Under the pieces are notes generated by a model. It did no database searches. It worked only from the letters and a program-made list of their open reading frames with translations, and had not been told where the DNA came from. From Gemmatimonadota bacterium (GTDB taxonomy: Bacteria; Gemmatimonadota; Gemmatimonadetes; Gemmatimonadales; GWC2-71-9), in assembly GCA_016177465.1 (NCBI GenBank), contig JACOVF010000114.1, forward strand, positions 1-45,288: a stretch of DNA of 45,288 nucleotides, written 5' to 3'. Positions 29,041 to 38,042 of the stretch are shown piece by piece. Position 1 is the first letter of the stretch. Each line of letters starts with the position of its first letter. A program made the translations under genes and the position numbers.

Positions 29041-29312
29041 AGCCTGAGGTCTCCTCCGGGGTCCTTCCGTTTGAGACGCTCGACGGCGGCGCGGGCCTCG
29101 TCGCGCGCGCGGGCGGTGGCCGCGGCATCGCGCGCCACGGTGATCACCGCCCGGTCCGCGTCGGCCTCGACGGTCACCGCCAGGACGTCGTCGCCGCGGG
29201 CGGCGCGTGGCAGGAGCCAGCGGGGCAGGTCGACGAAGCCCGTCCCGTCCACTTCCACGACGGTAAGGCCGTTTTCGTGTCGGTCGACGATGAGGCGATG
29301 CTGCTCGGGCAT
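29037..29312 (-). CDS. DUF3006-like small protein
   Basis: IVDRHE..VVEVDG..DLPRWLLP..GDDVL pattern with C-terminal helix; follows ComEC-like MBL gene; GGAG RBS. Confidence 0.75.
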   Translation of the reverse strand: MPEQHRLIVDRHENGLTVVEVDGTGFVDLPRWLLPRAARGDDVLAVTVEADADRAVITVARDAAATARARDEARAAVERLKRKDPGGDLRL

Positions 29313-29330
29313 GGGAGTCTCCTCGACAGC

Positions 29331-30215
29331 TCAGCCGCGCCTGACGCGGCACCGGCCGGCGCGCTCGGTCGTCACGGCCCACCCTCCGCCGCGCGGCACG
29401 CGGACGGTAACTGTCCCGTGGTCCGCCGTACAGTACGCCGGCGTGCGCCGGACCGCGAGCAGCTCGAGCACCTCGGCGAACGGATGCTGGCGGCCGTTCG
29501 CGCTGATCACGACGGCCTCGGGACGGACAGCGTCGAGCCACGCGTCGGTCATGGCATTGGCCGAGCCGTGGTGGCCGGCCTTGAGAACGGGAGCGGGGAG
29601 CAGGGAGCGATACGCGTCCAGCCACCACCCGAGCTCCTCTTCCTGTGCGTCTCCTGGGAAGAGCATGGCGAACGAGTCTCGTACGAGGCGGACGCCGAGC
29701 GAGCAATTATTGATGGCCGACCCCGCGCGGGAGCGGAGGGCGCGGCACGTGGGCGGGGGTGCGATGAGCTGGAGCTGGAACGAATCACCGCGGGTCGCGA
29801 TCGTGACCATGCGGACGCCGGAGTCCACCGTGATCACAGGGATCGCGAGCGCATCGACCTGGCCGAGCAGCGCCCGGTACGTCACTGCGGTGCGGGGCGT
29901 GCCGGCGTAGATGAAGGCCCGCGCCGGAATCTCCCGCAGCACCTCGTCCAGCCCACCATAGTGGTCGGCGTGCGCGTGAGAGAGGATGACGGCTGCCAAG
30001 GTGTCGACGCCGAAGGACGCGAGCCAGCGGGTGACGGTCCCCCCGCGATCGCTGCCGTCGAGCAGCACGTGGCGTGCCCTCCCCTGCGAGGAATCGGTGA
30101 TGAGAATGGCGTCTCCCCCGATGCGGGCATCGGTGACGTCGAGCACCCGGACGAGGAGAACAGCCGAATCCTGAGGGACGGCGAGGCGAAAGGCGAGTAG
30201 GAACGCCGCGGTCAT
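29331..30215 (-). CDS. Stand-alone ComEC/Rec2-like metallo-beta-lactamase-fold hydrolase (putative exported nuclease)
   Basis: VLDV..GDAIL, SHAHADHYGG (HxHxDH), INNCS, PGDA, LKAGHHGS, HP; no ComEC membrane domain; short hydrophobic N-terminus. Confidence 0.88.
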   Translation of the reverse strand: MTAAFLLAFRLAVPQDSAVLLVRVLDVTDARIGGDAILITDSSQGRARHVLLDGSDRGGTVTRWLASFGVDTLAAVILSHAHADHYGGLDEVLREIPARAFIYAGTPRTAVTYRALLGQVDALAIPVITVDSGVRMVTIATRGDSFQLQLIAPPPTCRALRSRAGSAINNCSLGVRLVRDSFAMLFPGDAQEEELGWWLDAYRSLLPAPVLKAGHHGSANAMTDAWLDAVRPEAVVISANGRQHPFAEVLELLAVRRTPAYCTADHGTVTVRVPRGGGWAVTTERAGRCRVRRG

Positions 30216-30267
30216 CCGTCCGGGAAGGTAGCGCAACGGCTCTTCGGTTGGCAATTTACTGCGCACT

Positions 30268-33200
30268 ATGCACCTGGTGCTGGCGCTCGCCATCGCGGTC
30301 CAATCTCCCGCCTCCCGCCTCCCGTCCCCCGCCGATACCGCACACCTCGTCATTGTCGCGACCACCGACGTCCACGGCCGCGTGCTCGGGTGGGATTACG
30401 TGCAGGACACCGCCGCACCCGGCGGGCTGTCGCGCGCCGCCACCATCCTCGAGACGCTGCGCGCCCAATACCCCGGCCAGGTGATCCTCCTCGACGCCGG
30501 CGACCTGCTACAGGGCAACCCTTTCGCGGCCTATTTCTCCAAGGTCTCCCCCATCCGGCCCCACCCGATCGTGGATGCCCTGAACGCGCTCGGCTACGAC
30601 GCGGCCACAGCGGGGAACCACGACTTCGACTTCGGCGTGGACCTGCTGCAGCAGGCTGCGGGCGACGCCACCTACCGCTACGTCTCGGCCAACGTCACGA
30701 AGGCCGGGAGCGACACGCTCCTGTTCCCGGAATCCGTCGTGCTGCAGCGCGGCGGCGTGCGCGTGGGCGTGACTGGGTTCACGACTCCCGGTGTGATGGT
30801 CTGGGACCGTGCCCAGCTCGCCGCGCGCGCGCGCGTGTGGCCGATCGCCAACGCGGCTCCGCTGGCGCTGCGCCGCCTAGAGCAGGCGGGCGCCGACCTG
30901 AAGATCGTCTTGATCCACAGCGGCCTGGACGGGCCGTCGTCCTACGACACGACCGGAGTGGGACCGGAAGACGTTGCGGCGAGTCTCGCCACGGTAGTGC
31001 CCCAGCCCGACCTCGTCATCGTGGGCCACAACCACCGCGAGATGCGGGACTCGGTGATCAACGACGTGCACTTCGTGCAGCCGATGAACTGGGCCAGGAG
31101 TCTGTCGGTCGTTCATTACTGGCTCGTCGCCGATTCCGGGAGGCGGGAGGCGGGAGCCGGGCGCCCTCGCTACCGGGTCGTCTCGGTGCGCGCGGACCTG
31201 ATTCCCACGGGCGACGTCGCCGAGCTGCCGCGCGTGGTGCGGCGGCTGCAGTCGGCCCACGAACGGGCGCGTGCCTGGGCGGCCTCGCCGCTCGGCCTCG
31301 CGGGCCCTGGGTTCCAGGCGCGGCTGGCGCGCGCCCAGGACACGCCGCTGCTCGATTTCATCAACGAGGTCCAGCGGCGCCGCGCCGGCGCCGAGCTCTC
31401 GGCGACGACGGCGTTCGACCTCGATGCGGGGCTGCCCGAAGGAGAGGTGCGGCTGCGGGATGTGGCGGGGATCTATCCGTACGAGAATACGCTGCGCGCC
31501 GTCCGCATCTCGGGGCAGCAGCTCAAGGACTTCCTCGAACATTCCTCCCGCTACTACCGGACTTACACGCCCGGCACCCGGGTCGTGAACGACAGCGTGC
31601 CCGGATACGACTTCGACGCGGTGAGCGGGGCGCGCTACTCGATCGACCTCACACGCCCGGTCGGCCAGCGCATCCGCGATCTGTCGGTCGGTGGGCGGCC
31701 GTTCGCCCCGGGGGACAGCTTCACGCTCGCGCTCAACAGCTACCGGCAGGCGGGCGGTGGCGGGTACACGATGGTTCAGGGCGCGCGAGTGGTGTACGAC
31801 CGCGGCGAGGACATCCGCGACCTGCTCGCCGAGGAGATCCGCCGCGCCGGAACGGTCACGGCCGGGGCGTATTTCACGCCCAACTGGAGCATTCTCTCGC
31901 CCGGTCGTGAGGCCGCGCTGGCCGCGTTCGCGCCGCGGCCCGTGGTGAGCGAGGCGGACAGCACGCTGCTGCGGGTGCTGGCGATCGCGGACTTCCACGG
32001 CGCACTGGCGCCGCGCGCCTGGCCGTGGTCGGAGGGACGCGAGGTGGGCGGCGCCGCGGCCCTCAAGACGTGGCTCGACAGCCTCGCGCACGCCTGCGGC
32101 TGCGCCACCGTGCGGCTCGACGCCGGGGACCAGATGCAGGGCACGCCGATCTCCAACTTCACCTACGGCCGCTCGGCGATCGATGTGATGAACCAGTTGG
32201 GGATCGATGCGGCCGCGATCGGCAACCACGAATTCGATTGGTCGGTGGACACCCTGCGGGCGCGGATGCGGGACGCCCGCTACCAGTTTGTCTCGGCGAA
32301 CATCACGGACACGACAGGATCGGCGCACCCAGACTGGGCGGAGCCGTGGACGGTCGTTTCGCGCGGCGGCCTGAAGGTGGCCGTGATCGGGTTCACCCTG
32401 CAGAGCACGCCGACCTCGGCGGCGCCGTGGAACGTCCGGGGGCTCGCCTTCGGCGGCGCCGAGGCGATCAAGCGTGTGCTCCCCGAGGCGCGCGCCGCCG
32501 CGGACTTCGTGATCGTGGCCGCCCACGAAGGCGCGTTCTGCGACTCCGGAGGGTGCCGGGGGGAGATCATCGACCTTGCGCGCCAGCTCGACTCGGGCTC
32601 GGTGGACCTGATCGTGGCTGGGCACACCCACCGCGTGGTGAACACGCGCGTCAACGGCATCCCGGTGATCGAAGCCGGCTCGAGCGGCGGCGCCATCGCG
32701 ATCGCGGATTTCGTGCGCGTCGGCGGCAACCGGGTCGAGCTACGCACCCAGGTAGTGACGCCGTTCACCGATCAGGTCCGCCCCGACTCCGGCGTCGCCG
32801 CGTTGGTCGCGCGCTACCAGCGCGCCATCGACAGCGTCACTAGCCGCCCCGTGGCGCAATTCAAGTTCCCGCTGCGCCGCGAGGGCGGAGAATACGCCCT
32901 CGGCCGCCTCATCGCCGACGCGCAGCGCAACATGGGACGCGCCGAGGCGGCGATCATGAACAACACCGGCATTCGGGCCGACGTGGCGGGCGGCACCGTG
33001 ACCTACGGCGACCTGTTCCAGGTGCAGCCGTTTCAGAATCGCCTGCTGCGGCTCACCGTGTCGGGGGCGGTGTTGCTCGAGGCGCTCGAGCAGGTCGTGT
33101 CGGGGGAGCGGGCGCACGTGTCTGGAGTGGAGGTCTGGTACGACCCGGCGCGGCCCGCCGGCCGCCGGATCACGCGCACCAAGCTGTTGAACGGCCGCCC

Positions 33201-33396
33201 CGTCGATCCCCGGCGGACCTACACCCTGGCGGTCACCAACTTCCTCGCAGCCGGCGGCTCCGGGTTCGGGATGCTCCGGGACAGCCCGCAGGAGGATCTC
33301 GGCCTGATCGATCTCGACGCGCTGATCCGCTATCTGTCGGTGCTGCGCTCGCCCATCGACGCCCCCGCCGACCCGCGCATCCACCGCTCCCAATGA
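30268..33396 (+). CDS. Exported tandem-domain 2',3'-cyclic phosphodiesterase/5'-nucleotidase (YfkN-like architecture)
   Basis: Two metallophosphoesterase plus 5'-nucleotidase-C units: TTDVHG/DAGDLLQG/GNHDFD/GHNH and ADFHG/DAGDQMQG/GNHEFD/AGHTH; short signal peptide. Confidence 0.9.
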   Translation: MHLVLALAIAVQSPASRLPSPADTAHLVIVATTDVHGRVLGWDYVQDTAAPGGLSRAATILETLRAQYPGQVILLDAGDLLQGNPFAAYFSKVSPIRPHPIVDALNALGYDAATAGNHDFDFGVDLLQQAAGDATYRYVSANVTKAGSDTLLFPESVVLQRGGVRVGVTGFTTPGVMVWDRAQLAARARVWPIANAAPLALRRLEQAGADLKIVLIHSGLDGPSSYDTTGVGPEDVAASLATVVPQPDLVIVGHNHREMRDSVINDVHFVQPMNWARSLSVVHYWLVADSGRREAGAGRPRYRVVSVRADLIPTGDVAELPRVVRRLQSAHERARAWAASPLGLAGPGFQARLARAQDTPLLDFINEVQRRRAGAELSATTAFDLDAGLPEGEVRLRDVAGIYPYENTLRAVRISGQQLKDFLEHSSRYYRTYTPGTRVVNDSVPGYDFDAVSGARYSIDLTRPVGQRIRDLSVGGRPFAPGDSFTLALNSYRQAGGGGYTMVQGARVVYDRGEDIRDLLAEEIRRAGTVTAGAYFTPNWSILSPGREAALAAFAPRPVVSEADSTLLRVLAIADFHGALAPRAWPWSEGREVGGAAALKTWLDSLAHACGCATVRLDAGDQMQGTPISNFTYGRSAIDVMNQLGIDAAAIGNHEFDWSVDTLRARMRDARYQFVSANITDTTGSAHPDWAEPWTVVSRGGLKVAVIGFTLQSTPTSAAPWNVRGLAFGGAEAIKRVLPEARAAADFVIVAAHEGAFCDSGGCRGEIIDLARQLDSGSVDLIVAGHTHRVVNTRVNGIPVIEAGSSGGAIAIADFVRVGGNRVELRTQVVTPFTDQVRPDSGVAALVARYQRAIDSVTSRPVAQFKFPLRREGGEYALGRLIADAQRNMGRAEAAIMNNTGIRADVAGGTVTYGDLFQVQPFQNRLLRLTVSGAVLLEALEQVVSGERAHVSGVEVWYDPARPAGRRITRTKLLNGRPVDPRRTYTLAVTNFLAAGGSGFGMLRDSPQEDLGLIDLDALIRYLSVLRSPIDAPADPRIHRSQ
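30305..30332 (+). repeat. Heptamer tandem repeat (CTCCCGC)x~4 inside nucleotidase; inverse copy at 31137-31164
   Basis: CTCCCGC CTCCCGC CTCCCGT CCCCCGC here; CGGGAGG CGGGAGG CGGGAGC CGGGCGC at 31137-31164. Confidence 0.65.
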
Positions 33397-34631
33397 GAGT
33401 CTTCGTCAACGAAAAGCCGGTCGACGTCGCGCGCGGGGCTGCCGTGCGGGATGCCGTACGCGCCCTGGATCCGGGGCTTGCCGCCCTGATCGAGAGCGAT
33501 GCCGCCTACGTCACCGATGCCACCGGCCGCCCGGTGGACGCCGCCGATCCCGTCGGCGAGGCGGGCGCCGTGTTCCGCGTGGTCGTTTCGGCGCGGCGGG
33601 GGCCGCCGCGGCTCTCCAAGGAGACGCTCCGTCGCTGGCCCAAGGCCGAGCTGCACGTCCATCTGGACGGAGCGCCACGCCCTACGACGCTGCTGGAGCT
33701 CGCGCGCCAGCAGGGGATTCGGCTCCCCGCTGACACTCCCGAGTCGCTCGCCAAGGCGTTGTACGTCAAGGACGCGAGGAGTCTCGAGGAGTACCTGACC
33801 AAGTTCGAGATCATCCTGCCGTGCCTCCAGACCGCAGCGGCGCTGGAGCGCGTCGCCTACGAGTTTGTGCAGGACGTCGCGGCCGAGAACGTGCGCTACG
33901 TGGAGCTGCGCTACTCGCCGCTGCTCCACCGGCCGGGCGTCACGCTGTCCCAGGCGATCGAAGCGCCGCTGCGCGGGATCAAGCGCGCCGAGGCCGAGAC
34001 GGGCACGAAGGTGGGCGTGATCGTCTGCGGCATCCGCACCCTGCCGGCCGCCGATTCGCTCGCGCTCGCCCACGCGGCGGCGGACTACCGAACGGAGGGC
34101 GTCGTCGCTTACGATCTTGCGGGCGCGGAGCGCGGCCACCCGGCCCGCGAGCACCGGGCCGCGTTCGAGTACGCGGCGGCGCACGGGATGGCGTGCACCT
34201 GTCACGCGGGGGAAGGGGACGGGCCGCACTCGATTCACGAGGCGCTGCACACCTGCGGCGCCCAGCGGATCGGGCACGGTACCCGTCTGGGCGAAGATCC
34301 CGCGCTCCTGGAGTACGTTGCTGAACGGCGCATCCCGCTTGAGATGTGCCTCACCAGCAACGTGCACACCCACGCAGTCGCCGCGGTGGCGGAGCATCCA
34401 TTCAAGCGGTATTACGAGCAGGGCGTCGTGGTCACCCTGAACACCGACGGTCGCCTCACCGACGGGGTGTCGCTGACGGACGAGTACTACCTGGCGCACA
34501 CGGTCCTGGGGCTGTCCAAGGAAGAGCTGGCGCGCGTGGTGCTCAACGCCTGCGAGAGCGCGTTTCTCCCCGAGTTCGAGAAAGTGGCGCTGGTCGCCCG
34601 GGTGCAGAGCGAACTGGAGGCACTGCGATGA
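33393..34631 (+). CDS. add: Adenosine deaminase with N-terminal ThiS/ubiquitin-like extension
   Basis: PKAELHVHLDG, YVELRYSP, DLAGAE, HAGEG, RIGHG, LEMCLTSN, LNTD; first ~70 aa (MRVFVNEKPVDV..FRVVVS) look beta-grasp-like. Confidence 0.9.
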   Translation: MRVFVNEKPVDVARGAAVRDAVRALDPGLAALIESDAAYVTDATGRPVDAADPVGEAGAVFRVVVSARRGPPRLSKETLRRWPKAELHVHLDGAPRPTTLLELARQQGIRLPADTPESLAKALYVKDARSLEEYLTKFEIILPCLQTAAALERVAYEFVQDVAAENVRYVELRYSPLLHRPGVTLSQAIEAPLRGIKRAEAETGTKVGVIVCGIRTLPAADSLALAHAAADYRTEGVVAYDLAGAERGHPAREHRAAFEYAAAHGMACTCHAGEGDGPHSIHEALHTCGAQRIGHGTRLGEDPALLEYVAERRIPLEMCLTSNVHTHAVAAVAEHPFKRYYEQGVVVTLNTDGRLTDGVSLTDEYYLAHTVLGLSKEELARVVLNACESAFLPEFEKVALVARVQSELEALR

Positions 34632-35992
34632 CGGGACTGTGGTGGGTGCAGGCGGCGGACACGGCGCGGTCGGCGGCGCAGCGCTTGGCCGAGGCGCGCG
34701 GGGGGCTCGACACGCCGCTCCCCGAACGGCTCATGGGACTCGTGGGGATCGCCACCATGCTCGCCCTCGCTTACGCCATCTCCTACGACCGCAAGCGAAT
34801 CAACTGGCGCATGGTCGCAGCCGGGGTCGCGCTCCAGTTCGTCTTCGGGGTCATCGTGCTCAAGACGGGCTTCGGACGCGCCCTGTTCACCTGGGCCAAC
34901 AACGTCGTGACCGGGCTGCTCAGGTTCCAGGAGGAAGGCGCCAGGTTCGTATTCGGCAACCTCGTGTACGGCGACATCCCGCTCGCCGGCGGCGCCACCG
35001 GCGTGGCGCAGACCGGGGCGTACTTCGCGTTTAACGTGATGCCGACGATCATCTTCTTCTCCGCCTTGATGACGGTGCTCTATTACCTCAACGTCATGCA
35101 GTGGATCGTGAAGGGGATTGCGTGGGTGATGCAGAAAACGCTGGGGACCTCGGGCGCGGAGACCCTCTCGGCGGCGGGCAACATCTTCCTGGGGCAGACA
35201 GAGGCGCCGCTGCTGATCAAGCCGTTCGTGGGCAAGATGACCCAGTCGGAGCTGAACACCGTCATGGTGGGGGGCTTCGCGACGGTGGCGGGCGGCGTGT
35301 TGGCGGCCTACGTCGGGATGCTGAAAGTGTATTTCCCCGACATCGCGGGCCACCTGCTCACGGCAAGCGTGATGAACGCCCCGGCCGGGCTGATCCTCTC
35401 CAAGATGCTGCTCCCCGAGACCGGCGAGCCCGAGACCCGCGGCACGTTGCACATCGTGGTGGAGAAAGCGGAGGCGAACGTCATCGACGCGGCGGCCTCC
35501 GGCGCCGCCACCGGCGTGCAGCTGGTCATCAACGTCATCGCGATGCTCATGGCTTTCATCGCGCTCGTCGCCATGCTCAACTTCGGCGTCGGCTGGGTCG
35601 GCGAGCGGTTCGGCCATCCCGGCATCACGCTGCAGTGGCTCCTCGGTAAGGCGCTGCAGCCGCTGGCGTTTCTCATGGGCGTGCCCTGGCAGGACGCGGG
35701 CACGGTCGGCGGCTTCATCGGTGAGAAAGTCGTGCTGAACGAATTCGTGGCCTATGCCGATTTCGCGAGGCAGATGGGGAGCAGCCTCGTGATCGGCCAA
35801 AAGTCGGCCGTGATGCTCACGTACTGCCTGCTCGGCTTCGCCAACTTCTCCTCGATCGCGATCCAGATCGGCGGCATCGGGGGGCTCGCACCGCACCGCC
35901 GCCCCGACCTCTCGCGGCTCGGGCTCCGGGCGATGATCGCCGGCAACCTGGCCGCGTTCATGAGCGCGTCGATCGCGGGGATGCTCGTCTGA
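34628..35992 (+). CDS. nupC: Concentrative nucleoside transporter, NupC/CNT family
   Basis: FAFNVMPTIIFFS, GNIFLGQTEAPL, GGFATVAG, EKVVLNEFVAY, GFANFSSIAIQIGG. Confidence 0.95.
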   Translation: MTGLWWVQAADTARSAAQRLAEARGGLDTPLPERLMGLVGIATMLALAYAISYDRKRINWRMVAAGVALQFVFGVIVLKTGFGRALFTWANNVVTGLLRFQEEGARFVFGNLVYGDIPLAGGATGVAQTGAYFAFNVMPTIIFFSALMTVLYYLNVMQWIVKGIAWVMQKTLGTSGAETLSAAGNIFLGQTEAPLLIKPFVGKMTQSELNTVMVGGFATVAGGVLAAYVGMLKVYFPDIAGHLLTASVMNAPAGLILSKMLLPETGEPETRGTLHIVVEKAEANVIDAAASGAATGVQLVINVIAMLMAFIALVAMLNFGVGWVGERFGHPGITLQWLLGKALQPLAFLMGVPWQDAGTVGGFIGEKVVLNEFVAYADFARQMGSSLVIGQKSAVMLTYCLLGFANFSSIAIQIGGIGGLAPHRRPDLSRLGLRAMIAGNLAAFMSASIAGMLV

Positions 35993-36024
35993 ACCCGGGA
36001 AGGAGGAAGGGGGAAGGGGGAAGC

Positions 36025-36828
36025 GTGGTCCGCGACGCGACCGACGCGGTCGCCGGAAAACTGGGCGGCCTCCAGCCGCGCGCCGCCGTCGTGCTGGGCT
36101 CGGGCCTCGGGTTCATAGCAGACGAGGTGCGATCCGCCATCCGCATTCCGTACTCCGCCATCCCGGGCTTTCCCCAGCCGGGCGTCGCGGGGCACAGGGG
36201 CGAGCTCGTAGCCGGAACGCTGGCGGGGGTGCCGGTCATCGCCCAGAGCGGGCGCTTCCATCTCTACGAGGGGCATCCGGCCCAGACGGCCGCCCTTCCG
36301 GTGCGGGTGTACGCCGGGCTCGGCATCCGCATGCTGATCCTCACGAACGCCGCCGGTGGGATCCGCCACACGTTCCACCCGCCCACGCTGATGCTGATCG
36401 CCGACCACATCAACTTCATGTGGCGCAACCCGCTCGTCGGGCCAATGGAAGAAGGTGAGGAACGCTTTCCCGACATGAGTGAGCCGTACGACCGCGAACT
36501 GCGCGCGCTGGCCCGCGAGGTAGCGCGCGAGCAGCGCATCACCCTGGAGGAAGGGGTGTACGCCGGCCTGCTCGGCCCTTCCTACGAGACGCCAGCCGAG
36601 GTCCGCCTGTTCCGGAGCTTGGGCGCGGACGCGGTGGGGATGTCCACCGTCCCGGAAGTCATCGTGGCCCGGGCACGGGGACTGCGCGTGATGGCGGTCT
36701 CCACCATTACCAACTACGCCGCCGGGCTCACGACCGCCACGCTCAGCCACGAAGAGGTCATCGCCGCCGCGAACGAGGTGGCCGACGGGTTGGCCCACCT
36801 CGTGAAGGGAGTGCTCGCCCGGATCTGA
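36025..36828 (+). CDS. punA: Purine nucleoside phosphorylase, trimeric (PunA/XapA) family
   Basis: VLGSGLG, GRFHLYEG, TNAAGG, GPSYETPAE, AVGMSTVPE, ITN..HEEV. Confidence 0.94.
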   Translation: MVRDATDAVAGKLGGLQPRAAVVLGSGLGFIADEVRSAIRIPYSAIPGFPQPGVAGHRGELVAGTLAGVPVIAQSGRFHLYEGHPAQTAALPVRVYAGLGIRMLILTNAAGGIRHTFHPPTLMLIADHINFMWRNPLVGPMEEGEERFPDMSEPYDRELRALAREVAREQRITLEEGVYAGLLGPSYETPAEVRLFRSLGADAVGMSTVPEVIVARARGLRVMAVSTITNYAAGLTTATLSHEEVIAAANEVADGLAHLVKGVLARI

Positions 36829-36845
36829 CCCCGAGCCAGCCGACA

Positions 36846-38036
36846 CTAGGACTCCGACAGACGAACCCGTCGGTACGAAACGAACAGCAGCACATCGTAG
36901 ACGATCTTCAGTCCTCCACCGATCACCAGCGGTGCGCCCAGCCCGAGCGCCGCCATGGCGATTCCGCTGGCGGCGGGACCGAGCGCCCATCCCACGTTGC
37001 GCGTCAAGCCCGTGACCCCCAGCGCGAAAGTCCGCTCGGTGGGGGCCACGACCGCCGACACGTATGACTGGCGGGTCGGCACGTCCATCTGGACCAGACC
37101 TTCCCGAAACAGATACAGCGCGATGGCGAGCCAGGGCTGCCACACGAACGGCAGGACGAGCAGCGCGAGGCTGGAGGGGAGGTGGGTGAACACCATCGTC
37201 TGCACGAGACCGATGCGGCGGGCGAGGGCCTCCGCCGTGAAATAGGAGAGGGCGTTGAGGAGCCGGGCGACGGAAAACACGCCCGCGATGGACTCGGGGC
37301 CCAGCCCGAATCGCTTGAAAAACCAGTAGGAGAGAATCGAGCTGGCCAGGAACCCGCCGCCCAGGCTGTCGAGCGCAAACAGGGCCGACAGCCCTGCGAC
37401 GCGGCGCTTGGTCTCCGGCTGGATGGAGAAGGCGTGTCCAGCGTGCGGCGCCGTGTGAATCGCGCCCGGGAGCCGCGCGTACAGTGCGGCCTGGATGAGG
37501 CCGACTGCGGCAACGGCGAGCAGCACCGACCGGTAGGCTGTCGACTCCGAGAATCCGGCGCGATGCAGGAGAGCGGGCGCACCGGCCGCGAGGCTGCCGA
37601 GCATACCCGCGATGTCCTGCACCAGGGTGTAGCGGGCGAACAGGGCCGTGCGGGGCGGGCCGGCGGGGCTCGCGTCGGCGAGAAGCGCCTGATCGATCGT
37701 CTGGGCCGCCCCCCGGTCGCGGCCCATACCGTTCATCATGCCGAGGCCGGCGAAGACGGCCAGGCGCGCGGCGGCGGCGTCGAACGCGAACAGGGCGGTT
37801 CCGACGGCCGACAACAGGCTCGCCGCCACGAGGCAGCGCCGCCGCCCAAGCTGGTCTCCCGTGGTAGCCACGACCGCGGTGGCAATCGCGTTCCCTACCA
37901 GCCCTGCCCCGACGACGAGGCCCAGGGTCTCCGGCGCGAACCCCAGGGCGGCGAGGTACAGGCCCAGGAGCACGGCCACCAGCGCCGTCGTGAAAGACCG
38001 GAGCGCGCCGCAGGCGAAGATCAGAGGGCGGCGCAA
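36846..38036 (-). CDS. MFS transporter
   Basis: 12 TM pattern, DQLGRRR motif A, FALDSLGGGF, MVFTHLPSS, QMDVPTRQSY. TTG start uncertain. Confidence 0.88.
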   Translation of the reverse strand: MRRPLIFACGALRSFTTALVAVLLGLYLAALGFAPETLGLVVGAGLVGNAIATAVVATTGDQLGRRRCLVAASLLSAVGTALFAFDAAAARLAVFAGLGMMNGMGRDRGAAQTIDQALLADASPAGPPRTALFARYTLVQDIAGMLGSLAAGAPALLHRAGFSESTAYRSVLLAVAAVGLIQAALYARLPGAIHTAPHAGHAFSIQPETKRRVAGLSALFALDSLGGGFLASSILSYWFFKRFGLGPESIAGVFSVARLLNALSYFTAEALARRIGLVQTMVFTHLPSSLALLVLPFVWQPWLAIALYLFREGLVQMDVPTRQSYVSAVVAPTERTFALGVTGLTRNVGWALGPAASGIAMAALGLGAPLVIGGGLKIVYDVLLFVSYRRVRLSES

Positions 38037-38042
38037 GCCAGG

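Noticed and set aside
29331-30215. MBL gene as an antibiotic beta-lactamase or full ComEC competence channel
   Set aside because: Motifs (GDA, KAGHHGS) are ComEC-type rather than class B beta-lactamase, and the ComEC membrane domain is absent.
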